Below are positions 44,686 to 53,281 of a DNA stretch of 64,000 nt, piece by piece (within the stretch, counting starts at the first letter, position 1; every line of letters starts with the position of its first letter). The translations under genes and the position numbers were made by a program. The DNA is from a virus, in the IMG/VR virus record IMGVR_UViG_3300032240_002045, positions 1-64,000 of that record, one strand, 5' to 3'. The notes beneath the pieces were generated by a model, which searched no databases, was not told the DNA's origin, and worked only from the letters and a program-made list of their open reading frames with translations.

Positions 44686-45159
44686 CTAGTTTAGTTTAGT
44701 TTCGGTTGCGCGGATGTTATCCCACGCCTCGGCTATCTCGTTAGTGAGTTTCCGGTGTTCTGTCCATTCTATACGTTTAATGTGTAGAAGTCCAGCTTTT
44801 CCAAATACCTCAATAACGGTTTCAATCATGGAACGCGTATAAAGCCTACGCCCCATTTGGTCCTCTCCGCGAATATTTTTCTTGGAAGGGAGTCGGTATG
44901 GTGAAGCAGGAAGATGTCCTTCTTTTATCCATGTTCGGATTGTTATTACAGGACGACCTAGTGCTTGCGCAAGCGCACCAATAGTAAACATCTCAACGTC
45001 TACACCGTTAGGTAATGTTTTCATATACGGCTTTGAGTCCCAACCTTGAAGAGGTTCAATCTCTCTCTTCTTTGGTTCTGCAACTTTTCGCTTACGTTTA
45101 CTGCCTGGATAAAATGCATCCAAGTCAGAAAAAGTAGAATCAATTAAATCATCAGACAT
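44686..45159 (-). CDS. MerR-like HTH DNA-binding protein
   Basis: FTIGALAQALGR...TIRTWI.EG.LP...RLYT. Confidence 0.8.
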   Translation of the reverse strand: MSDDLIDSTFSDLDAFYPGSKRKRKVAEPKKREIEPLQGWDSKPYMKTLPNGVDVEMFTIGALAQALGRPVITIRTWIKEGHLPASPYRLPSKKNIRGEDQMGRRLYTRSMIETVIEVFGKAGLLHIKRIEWTEHRKLTNEIAEAWDNIRATETKLN

Positions 45160-45551
45160 TAGAGCTCTTTTACAATAAACGCATAAGAAATCTTTTTAGG
45201 GAACATCTCATCAATATCATTTTCGGAAAGTTCCCCGGTATACACACAAGCTAAAATTTCATTTTCTTGTAGTACTGGAACCATTTTTATACATTTGTCA
45301 TAAATGTTTCGTTCCTTAAGCAATCTTTCAGCAATATCCATATCTAAAGGATTGGAAACTTTTCTTTGATTAGTTAATTTAACGTCGTCAATTTCTAAAA
45401 CAATGTGACCACGCTCGTCTGTTTTGCCAAGAGCTTCAACATCCGCTTTTAAACGAGTTTTAAGTTCGTTTGAGCGATCAACCAATAAATCAATCTCTGA
45501 TTTAATGTTTAAATACTGTTTGACCGTTTGTTTTACCGTGTTAATGTCCAT
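45159..45551 (-). CDS. Hypothetical replication-module protein (leaderless)
   Basis: Coiled-coil N-terminus; TAGGTT-N6-ATG. Confidence 0.7.
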   Translation of the reverse strand: MDINTVKQTVKQYLNIKSEIDLLVDRSNELKTRLKADVEALGKTDERGHIVLEIDDVKLTNQRKVSNPLDMDIAERLLKERNIYDKCIKMVPVLQENEILACVYTGELSENDIDEMFPKKISYAFIVKEL

Positions 45552-45557
45552 AGCCAG

Positions 45558-45599
45558 AACCTAATGGCTACCCCTGACAAACGTCAAGACGACACGCGG
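45558..45599 (-). promoter_or_regulatory. Replication-operon promoter: GTGTC box, TTGACG and TGTCAG-N10-TAGGTT
   Basis: Minus strand CCGCGTGTCGTC TTGACG TT TGTCAG GGGTAGCCAT TAGGTT CTGGCT ATG. Confidence 0.75.
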
Positions 45600-45743
45600 T
45601 TAGTCTTTTAAGTAAGCCTCAAGAGCGGCAATAATTATGCTTGTGACTGTGACGCCTTCAATAGCGGCTTTCTTTTGAACGGCTGTCCACAGGTCATCGG
45701 ACACGCGGATAGTACGCGTAGGGGTCTTAGGTGCGTTAGGCAT
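45600..45743 (-). CDS. 47-aa ribbon-helix-helix DNA-binding protein
   Basis: Read by hand: MPNAPKTPTRTIRVSDDLWTAVQKKAAIEGVTVTSIIIAALEAYL. Confidence 0.85.
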   Translation of the reverse strand: MPNAPKTPTRTIRVSDDLWTAVQKKAAIEGVTVTSIIIAALEAYLKD

Positions 45744-45784
45744 TAGATAATTGTAATGTCACCCAACCGGTATTATTGGGTAAA

Positions 45785-47374
45785 TTAGACCGCAGAAGCC
45801 CCTAGGAAGGCTTTTAAGCTCCCAACCGTCATTGGAATACCCCCCTTGTCGTCAATCCCCTCACCGTCCACCACAGCACTTGCTAGGGCATTTTTCTGTT
45901 GAAGAGACTCAAACTGACGTTCTTCAATAGATCCTTGGACAATCAAATCTTGAATAACTATCGACGGCCACGTTGACGAAGCGCGTTTAATGCGGCCATT
46001 GCGTTGGGTAGCAGCGCCAGAAGACCATGGTAAATCAAAGTTGATAAGAAGGTTAGCAGCAGGCAGGTCCACGCCGTAACCCCCAGCATCAGAGCTAATA
46101 AGAACACGGATATTGGGTAAAGTATTAAATGCAATTTTGTTCTCCTCTTTAGTTTTAGCGTCAATTTTACCTGAGTAAAGTCGACATTGATCTGGACCTA
46201 ACGCTTCTGCAATCATATTTAACATGTCTACATAAGTTGCAAAAATAACAACTTTGTTAGCGTCATTTTGATCAAGAAACTCATTTACGTATTGAATTAG
46301 GTAATCAAGTTTTGGGGAATTATCTAAACCATCAAGCGCTCCTGATTGTTTTAAGTCATTAGCGTAAGCAGATCCTTCACCTTTTGCATCAAGGTATTTC
46401 TTTGAACTTGTATGTAACAGTTGCGGATGGGAACAAAGCATTTTTAAACAACCTACCTTAGACATAATACGTCCGCGGATTTCATCTTCTGGACCACCGT
46501 GCTTGTTTTCATACCCGTAATGAGCCATTACGTTAAATCCAGCGCCAAAAAGGTTCTGCGCTTCATCAAGGTCATTAACCAAATCGTTAGCTATGCGGGC
46601 GTACAAACGGGAAGATTTACGGTCTAGAACAATCTTTACCGGCTCTTTATGAATTGAGTCGGGCAAGAAAGGAGCAACGTCAGCATCTTTCTGAGCTTTA
46701 CGTACACATGCATCTTTAAGTTTTGTATGAAGCACGGGCAGATTGCGATAGTTGTTAACCGCTCCCCAATTGTTACGTACGATAAAAGTAGAGTCAAAAA
46801 TATCAAATCTACCTAATACGCCAGGGTCTACAAACTGCATGATGCTGTACAGCTCTTCCGGCTTACCATTCTCAATTGGGGTGCCAGTTAAAGCAAATCT
46901 AAAATCAGCATTGCCTAGCTTCTTTACAGCTTTAGATCTTTTTGATTTAAAAGACTTAATAGCTGTTGCTTCGTCAAGTACTACAAATCCGCGAGGTAAG
47001 TTTCGTACGGACTCCCAATCATTGACAACTTGTTCATAATTAAGAATGATGTAATCGACCCCAGAATTACGCCAATCAAGGGCTTCTTGGTACTGCTCAC
47101 TTCGTTTCTTAGGCGTTCCATCAATAACAAGAGACTTTGAAGTTCCATTTGTAAATTTTCCAATCTGGTTGTGCCATTGGTATTTAAGACTTGATAAACA
47201 AATAACAAGCCCTGGCTCTTTGATTTTCTTTTCATCCATCAAGCGCTCAATTGCGGCAATAGTCAAAACTGTTTTGCCAAGACCTAAGTCGTACGCAACC
47301 AGCATCTTTTGTCGGTCGCACATGCGATCAACTGCTTCTGGTTGGTAGGGCAATAATGTCCCTGTAAAAGTCAT
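45785..47374 (-). CDS. SNF2-family helicase
   Basis: LLPYQ, DLGLGKT, LDEAT, LTGTPIEN, GGYGVDL, Q.NGRI.R. Confidence 0.92.
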   Translation of the reverse strand: MTFTGTLLPYQPEAVDRMCDRQKMLVAYDLGLGKTVLTIAAIERLMDEKKIKEPGLVICLSSLKYQWHNQIGKFTNGTSKSLVIDGTPKKRSEQYQEALDWRNSGVDYIILNYEQVVNDWESVRNLPRGFVVLDEATAIKSFKSKRSKAVKKLGNADFRFALTGTPIENGKPEELYSIMQFVDPGVLGRFDIFDSTFIVRNNWGAVNNYRNLPVLHTKLKDACVRKAQKDADVAPFLPDSIHKEPVKIVLDRKSSRLYARIANDLVNDLDEAQNLFGAGFNVMAHYGYENKHGGPEDEIRGRIMSKVGCLKMLCSHPQLLHTSSKKYLDAKGEGSAYANDLKQSGALDGLDNSPKLDYLIQYVNEFLDQNDANKVVIFATYVDMLNMIAEALGPDQCRLYSGKIDAKTKEENKIAFNTLPNIRVLISSDAGGYGVDLPAANLLINFDLPWSSGAATQRNGRIKRASSTWPSIVIQDLIVQGSIEERQFESLQQKNALASAVVDGEGIDDKGGIPMTVGSLKAFLGASAV

Positions 47375-47378
47375 GGCG

Positions 47379-47909
47379 TTACCCTAGCAGGGTACGTATC
47401 TGCTTAATCAAATTGGGCATATCGCTGTTGTTGGTGATAACCCCGTCAAAATCCCAATCATCCAAATCAATCTCTGAAATATGGTCATTGGCTGGCCCTA
47501 CGTTTACCCTATTAATACGCCAAATATGTCCGCCAAGATTTTTAATACGCGCTGCTTCATTCTTAAATCTAACATCAGTAACAACAACCTTGTCGTCTGC
47601 AGTAAAGCTGTTAAGGGCAGCGTTAATCCAAACCGTGTCGTCTAACAGTTGTCTACCACCCACACCTAAATCTTGTAAAAGACGTCGAATCTCAGGATGC
47701 TGTGTTTTTGCTTCTTCCCAACCTTTAAACTCAACGATATCCTGTAAACGAAAACTCATACCGTTATGATCAATAAGAGGGTCCATAGCAAAAAGAAGTT
47801 CGCGGATTTTGTCAGCAAAGGCTACACGTTCGTATCCATGAATTCCCATAAGCATCCCAGCTACAGTGTCTTTTCCTGATCGTGCGTAACCTGATAATCC
47901 AATAATCAT
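47379..47909 (-). CDS. Deoxynucleoside monophosphate kinase
   Basis: IIGLSGYARSGKDT, FAD, R.LLQ.LG, TDVRF.NE, HISE. Confidence 0.92.
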   Translation of the reverse strand: MIIGLSGYARSGKDTVAGMLMGIHGYERVAFADKIRELLFAMDPLIDHNGMSFRLQDIVEFKGWEEAKTQHPEIRRLLQDLGVGGRQLLDDTVWINAALNSFTADDKVVVTDVRFKNEAARIKNLGGHIWRINRVNVGPANDHISEIDLDDWDFDGVITNNSDMPNLIKQIRTLLG

Positions 47910-48835
47910 AAAACCGCCTTTAATCCGTGTACGGAATGTCTAGCATTTGTTATACCTAAATTTACCTCATCAAGACTCATTCCGCCAATATCTTTCATAT
48001 CGGTGTGGTTGTAGTTAAAAAACCAAGCTTCCATGTCGTACTCTTGACAAATTGATAACACGGATTTAGAGGCGTTCTTTCCCGCTTCATCGTTGTCTAA
48101 AGCAAATATTAAACGATCAGCTCCGCGTAAGTAAGTAAGTTGTGACATTGAAATTAAAGCACCGTAAGTAGCAACTCCACCAGTAATTCCAAGGGAGGCT
48201 AAACGAACAACATCTAAAGGAGACTCAACAACAATCATATCCCCTCCAACATATTGTTGATAACCAAACAATGAGTTGCTTTTCTTCATTTTTGCTGGTG
48301 TGTTATTAAAATATCGTTTTGAGTAACCTTTCTCCTGCCACCCAAGTAACTTTTGAGTTTTTGCATCTCGAATAGGGATAATCCAATTTTTGTTTCTTGC
48401 GTCCCAGCACAGCTCATAGTAACGCGCCGCGTTACTAGTCAATCCCCTAGCGATTAAAGCCTCTGCTGGTGGTTCTACAAAAGCACTAAGCATTGATTCT
48501 GTTATATGAGTGGGTTCCTCAATTGGAGCTTTCTTCTCTTCGATAATTCGGTTAAATCTAGAAACTAAAAGAGAAGGGGAATCAAACCATTCTTTAGCTT
48601 TATCGTAGTCAATACCTGAAACATAATTAATAAGTGAATAAACGTTTCCTTTAAACTGACAAGAAAAACATATAAATGCACCGGTGTCGGCGTTAATCCA
48701 AAAAGAAGGGTTTCTATCTTCATGCCCTGTTCTGTCTTTGTGTGCAGGGCAGTAACTCTGTAGCTCATCACCGCGAGTTGTAATTGTTTCCATACCTAAA
48801 CGTGTAAGCGTGTCCTCCATCTCCTCAACTGTCAT
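47906..48835 (-). CDS. DNA primase (CHC2 Zn finger plus TOPRIM)
   Basis: CPAH...PSF......CFSC; VESPLD; DNDEAG. Confidence 0.9.
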   Translation of the reverse strand: MTVEEMEDTLTRLGMETITTRGDELQSYCPAHKDRTGHEDRNPSFWINADTGAFICFSCQFKGNVYSLINYVSGIDYDKAKEWFDSPSLLVSRFNRIIEEKKAPIEEPTHITESMLSAFVEPPAEALIARGLTSNAARYYELCWDARNKNWIIPIRDAKTQKLLGWQEKGYSKRYFNNTPAKMKKSNSLFGYQQYVGGDMIVVESPLDVVRLASLGITGGVATYGALISMSQLTYLRGADRLIFALDNDEAGKNASKSVLSICQEYDMEAWFFNYNHTDMKDIGGMSLDEVNLGITNARHSVHGLKAVL

Positions 48836-50082
48836 AGATCTTCCATACCTAATTCACGGAATTGACCAGTCTCCCAATCCCAACATAGGGAAACTTCGCT
48901 GTTGCCGGAGTTACGACTTGCAACAACTCGGAGCAAACGCGTGTCGTCTACAGCCTCATCTTCTTTCTGCAAACCAAAAATAACATCCGCATCTTGATGA
49001 AATGATGATGAGTAACCAATTGCATCTGCTGTTACTTGTCCCTTCTTCATCTTCCAAGAAAGTACTTGAGTTGAAATAACAATAGGCTTTTCAATCTTTT
49101 GAGCAAGACGTTTTAAAGAACGTGTAATGTTGGTGAGAGCCTGTGGCGTATTTGATTCCCCAGTCTGCTCATCAATCATTAAGTAAGTGCCGTCAATAAA
49201 AACAATATCAGGATTCTTAGCTTGAATTTTGCTAGCAATACCGCTTACAGTTTGTCCGCCAGATGAATCAATAAACCAAAACTTATCGCGCATATTAGGT
49301 ATGTTATTAACAATGCGGTAATACATAGCTTCTTCTTCAGGAGTAAGAGCTCCGGTCATTAAACGCCTATGTGAAATACGAGATCGCATTGCGTAGTAAC
49401 GGCTTAACTGTTCTGAGTTGCTCATCTCAAACGAGTAAAACATTGGCGTGTGCCCTTGTAGCTGAGCATTTATAGCAATCTGCAAAGCAAGAGTTGACTT
49501 ACCCGTTTTAGGGGGAGCAATAATTACAACAAGCTGACCGGGTTGTAGCCCAGAAGTAGATTGGTCAATAGTGTTAAATCCTGTAGGTATGCCAAGTAAC
49601 CCGGGATTACTTTTACGCCATTCGTAATCTGCTATTGCTGTTGCGGCGGCCTTAGTTACTTCAAGGTCATTAGATTTGTTAAGCCCATCTTCTTCAAGCT
49701 TAATCATTCCATTTTGCAAAGCAAGTAACGCAGATTCGTGGTCTTGTTCTCTTTCTAAAGCCTCTAAAGCAGAACCAAGCGTAGAAACAATACGTTGCTT
49801 GCGTCTTTCCGCAATTAACTTATCAATTAAATAAAAAATACTATCTGGACAAGGAGTTAGCTCATAAGTTGGAAAATTTTCTTTTACAACATCAATACTT
49901 GGGCACTCTTGATACTCAGAAAAATGACTTTGAATAAACCTAAATAATTTTTTATCTGTAGCGTCAGCAAACCAAGACTCGTTAATATTTTTTTCTAAGG
50001 CTAAAGATGCATCGCGACTATCGATGATCTTGCTAATTAACTTAACTTGGTTATTCATAAACTTTGTATGTCCAATCCCCAA
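48832..50082 (-). CDS. dnaB: DnaB-like replicative helicase
   Basis: GIPTGF, APPKTGKS, SFEM, FIDG.YLM, QDAD. Confidence 0.92.
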   Translation of the reverse strand: MGIGHTKFMNNQVKLISKIIDSRDASLALEKNINESWFADATDKKLFRFIQSHFSEYQECPSIDVVKENFPTYELTPCPDSIFYLIDKLIAERRKQRIVSTLGSALEALEREQDHESALLALQNGMIKLEEDGLNKSNDLEVTKAAATAIADYEWRKSNPGLLGIPTGFNTIDQSTSGLQPGQLVVIIAPPKTGKSTLALQIAINAQLQGHTPMFYSFEMSNSEQLSRYYAMRSRISHRRLMTGALTPEEEAMYYRIVNNIPNMRDKFWFIDSSGGQTVSGIASKIQAKNPDIVFIDGTYLMIDEQTGESNTPQALTNITRSLKRLAQKIEKPIVISTQVLSWKMKKGQVTADAIGYSSSFHQDADVIFGLQKEDEAVDDTRLLRVVASRNSGNSEVSLCWDWETGQFRELGMEDL

Positions 50083-50462
50083 TGGCCGTAACTTAGAATT
50101 CTCTTTGGTATGTCAAGCACACCAATTACTTCTGGTCTATACGGTAACTCTGCTACTAAATGATTTATTGAATCGTACGCCGAGAAGTATCTAAACGGAT
50201 TAGTACCCATGCTGTCAAGCACATCTACTGTTTTGCCTAGTTCTTCTTGGTCTATGTCAAAAGAGGCAAGCTCTAAAGTCACACCGTTTTTTGTAGTATA
50301 CAAATAAAGAAAACTTAAAATTTCTCTTCTAATTTTCTTGTCGACCTTTGGTACAGGGAAGAACTTTAATTTTTTTTCAACCTTGAGCTCAACTGTTAAG
50401 AATATATCGCTGACTACAATAATTCTTCTGGGGAGCTCGTTACTGATGTCCCCGTTTCTCAA
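50055..50462 (-). CDS. Hypothetical protein (possibly degenerate HAD fold)
   Basis: MRNGDISN..P.RIIVV.D...LPYRP. Confidence 0.6.
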   Translation of the reverse strand: MRNGDISNELPRRIIVVSDIFLTVELKVEKKLKFFPVPKVDKKIRREILSFLYLYTTKNGVTLELASFDIDQEELGKTVDVLDSMGTNPFRYFSAYDSINHLVAELPYRPEVIGVLDIPKRILSYGHWGLDIQSL

Positions 50463-50463
50463 T

Positions 50464-50778
50464 CTAAAGTACCTCTACCTTGCCAAACTTAATAATGAAC
50501 TCACGGAAGTCTTTGCTTGACTTCTGGGCTTTGGCAGCATCGTCAGTAGTTGCCCTGCTTGAGATCTCTAACGGGTATGTCCCGTTATTTGTTTCAATTC
50601 TTGCTTGAACAAATTTAACATGTTTGCAGGTATCTCTTGAAGAAAAACCGGGGCAAGTGCAATTAAATTCTTCCGTGTCACCGACGGACACTTCATAAAT
50701 TCCCGGTCCTTGCACATTTTTTTGAGGTAAAAAAACTTGAACTAAACGAAAATCATCAGTCATTTGAAATTCTTTCAT
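50464..50778 (-). CDS. SWIM zinc-finger protein
   Basis: YEV......CTCPGF.....CKH. Confidence 0.8.
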   Translation of the reverse strand: MKEFQMTDDFRLVQVFLPQKNVQGPGIYEVSVGDTEEFNCTCPGFSSRDTCKHVKFVQARIETNNGTYPLEISSRATTDDAAKAQKSSKDFREFIIKFGKVEVL

Positions 50779-51479
50779 CGACGCAGGTCCCCTTTAGCGG
50801 CAGTGATGGGTAAATAAGAAAAAGCTTCGTTTGCAAAGCTTTCAGTTGCATCACCGTAGAGTCCCGCCCAGTTCTTGAGTTCGATATTCGTTGTGACAAT
50901 AGTAGGCAATCCATTGTTAAAACGGGTTCTCAACACGTGATGAAGTAAGTTCTTTTGCCACCCGGACAGACTAGCGTGTTCTTTGCCCAAGTCGTCAATA
51001 ATGAGAACGCGGATGTTATAGGCGTCATCCTTGCATTCCCCTAACATACCGTTATAGAGGTTTTCCGCCTCGGCGGTAAAATCATCCATAAGCTCACCCT
51101 TTAAATCAATAATGTCATTAAAGGTGGCAAAGTAGCAAGGTCGTATTAAAACCTTGTTCTCAGATGGTGAGAAAGAATCTAAAGGAAACTTAGTAATCAT
51201 CTCTTGAATTATTGCTAAAGCTAAAGTTGTTTTGCCTCGACCCGGTTGACCGCAGAGGAGAAGACCGCGGCCACAGGCCTTTGAACCAACTGCACGGATA
51301 ATCTTTCCGTCCTCTACTGATTTAATCCAACGCCGGATCTTTTCAATATCTGAAGGTTCGGTATCTGTGCAATCGTCAAGGGTCCAACCGACCCGTGCAT
51401 CGGGAACAGATGCAATCTGCAACCAAGAACGGCGTCGAACCTTTAACTCTTTTGGATTAAACATTAAATACCTTCCCAA
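50775..51479 (-). CDS. DnaC/IstB-like AAA+ helicase loader
   Basis: GLLLCGQPGRGKT, LIIDDLGKE, R.....PTIVTTN. Confidence 0.88.
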   Translation of the reverse strand: MGRYLMFNPKELKVRRRSWLQIASVPDARVGWTLDDCTDTEPSDIEKIRRWIKSVEDGKIIRAVGSKACGRGLLLCGQPGRGKTTLALAIIQEMITKFPLDSFSPSENKVLIRPCYFATFNDIIDLKGELMDDFTAEAENLYNGMLGECKDDAYNIRVLIIDDLGKEHASLSGWQKNLLHHVLRTRFNNGLPTIVTTNIELKNWAGLYGDATESFANEAFSYLPITAAKGDLRR

Positions 51480-52339
51480 GATTTCTCCGCGGAGACCTTA
51501 GCAGTTTCAAGATCTTCATCGGTAACACTAGCCCTTCGGCAATCAATTGCAAGAGAGCCAAATTGGGAAACAAACCTTTTCCAAATATGTTCAGGGTCAT
51601 TGATATGAGTTTCATGAGCTAACTGACTGAAATACCGGTCCATCATAAGTAACTCAAGTTCGCCATCTGTGCCGTGAGCTTTTCTAGCATTTGCAAAAGC
51701 TATCTTAAAACGGCTCTTAGCCACGGTCCAAGGTTTAACATGCCACATGTCCTCAAGTCTGCGAACAAATTCTGTTGAAGACTTATCGGCAGACCACAAA
51801 GCAGGATTTTGATTTACGGAAGCTGCCAAAACGGAATCGTGCTTTTTCTGTTTTGCTTCTTGGTATTCCGCGGTTCGGCGGGCCCTGTCTTTTAATAGCC
51901 GGTCTTGGATGTCATCCGGGTCGTTATCCATCTGCCCTAAGAACGTCATTTCGCCTCCCGTTTTTAAATCTACTTTGATAAAAGTTTCTTCCCCGACCTC
52001 GTCGGGAACTCTTTCTTGCTTATCAGCAAATAAGCTATTAGTGCTTAATCTGCTATTTGACTGTGTCTGTATACAGAGAGAACGGGTTTTCAGTACTTCT
52101 GAAATACGGCTTTCCAGTAAATCCCACCCAGCGGGTGTGATCTCAATAATGCTTCTATACGCACCATTGGAATACTTCTGTTTTGTTGTACGGGTCAATC
52201 CAGAGGCCTTTAACTCGTTCAGTGATTTTTGGCAAGCATCTCTACCCTCTTCAAATACCTCTGAAAGGGCTTTGGCGCCCCCGTAGAGCTCTTTAGAGGC
52301 AATCTCCATGAGAACACCTAGGGCTCGGGCTGTAATCAC
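51464..52339 (-). CDS. Replication initiator-like winged-helix protein
   Basis: ARALG...EGRDA...L.ELK..G; directly upstream of the DnaC-like gene. Confidence 0.65.
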   Translation of the reverse strand: MITARALGVLMEIASKELYGGAKALSEVFEEGRDACQKSLNELKASGLTRTTKQKYSNGAYRSIIEITPAGWDLLESRISEVLKTRSLCIQTQSNSRLSTNSLFADKQERVPDEVGEETFIKVDLKTGGEMTFLGQMDNDPDDIQDRLLKDRARRTAEYQEAKQKKHDSVLAASVNQNPALWSADKSSTEFVRRLEDMWHVKPWTVAKSRFKIAFANARKAHGTDGELELLMMDRYFSQLAHETHINDPEHIWKRFVSQFGSLAIDCRRASVTDEDLETAKVSAEKSWEGI

Positions 52340-52947
52340 GCCTCAGAGGCCTTTCTGACTCTTTCTAACTCCTCAACAATAGCCTTAGCAAAGATGTTGG
52401 CAATAGCTTCAATTCCAAAATAAAGGTTGGCTGCGTGCTCTTCATCGTAGGTCTCATCTTCATCATCTTCGTCTTCATCTTCCTCGTCTATATCCTCATC
52501 CTCAGGTTCAACGTAAGGCTCTTCCACAACTTTTGGCGTTTCCTCTTCCGCGGTTGGGATTACAGGTTCTACTACAGACTTGACCCCATCGGATGCCTTG
52601 ATTGGTAGAAGCCCCTCGGTTAGATCAAAACAGGGAATTCCCAATTGAGTTGCTAAGGCAAGAGCATTTTGGCATTCAGGGTCTTCATCAGACCACAGGA
52701 TAAAACACGAAGTGTTCTTTGGGTCGGTTTTGCCAAGCGCCTCTGAAATCGGGCTTTGAAAGACTGGCTTGTTTTTGTCTTTAGAAAATTGGGCTGCAAA
52801 TATTTTTGCTTGACTCATTTTTCCAAACTCAACAATATGAACAACACCATCTGCGCCTTTAGCGTAAAAATGATCTTCCATAAGGGCTTCTAAATTAGCT
52901 CTGCTAGTTATCCCATTGCCGGCAATAACTACATAATATTTTTCCAT
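52336..52947 (-). CDS. Hypothetical protein with acidic tail
   Basis: AGGAG SD; Rossmann-like VVIAGNG; Asp/Glu tract. Confidence 0.65.
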   Translation of the reverse strand: MEKYYVVIAGNGITSRANLEALMEDHFYAKGADGVVHIVEFGKMSQAKIFAAQFSKDKNKPVFQSPISEALGKTDPKNTSCFILWSDEDPECQNALALATQLGIPCFDLTEGLLPIKASDGVKSVVEPVIPTAEEETPKVVEEPYVEPEDEDIDEEDEDEDDEDETYDEEHAANLYFGIEAIANIFAKAIVEELERVRKASEA

Positions 52948-52987
52948 TAGCTCTCCTTGTTAGGGGAGGCCTACCATACACGATTAT

Positions 52988-53269
52988 TTACTCAGGTCTA
53001 GTCGGGTTAATGACGGCTGATCGGTGTGTTGCGACCTTTTCAGCTAAGGCTAGTAAAAACGATCCAAAATATCCCCCAGCAATTGCCCATACAACAAGTT
53101 TAGGGAACGGTTGAGAGACCATCACATAAACAGAAACAGAAGAAATTCCCAAAGAAAATGACGCATTAATAAACAAATTTCCACCAAGAATTGATAAAAA
53201 ATTAATAAGTGGTTTTAATACAGCTAAACAAAAAGCTGTAAACATACCAATAAGCAATAGCTCTATCAT
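52988..53269 (-). CDS. Small multi-TM membrane protein
   Basis: Three hydrophobic segments; leaderless TAGTAT-N6-ATG. Confidence 0.65.
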   Translation of the reverse strand: MIELLLIGMFTAFCLAVLKPLINFLSILGGNLFINASFSLGISSVSVYVMVSQPFPKLVVWAIAGGYFGSFLLALAEKVATHRSAVINPTRPE

Positions 53270-53281
53270 GAGCCGATACTA

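Noticed and set aside
24988-50082. Inteins or introns in nrdJ, recA, polA or dnaB
   Set aside because: Lengths are normal, with no C...HN splice motifs or frame breaks
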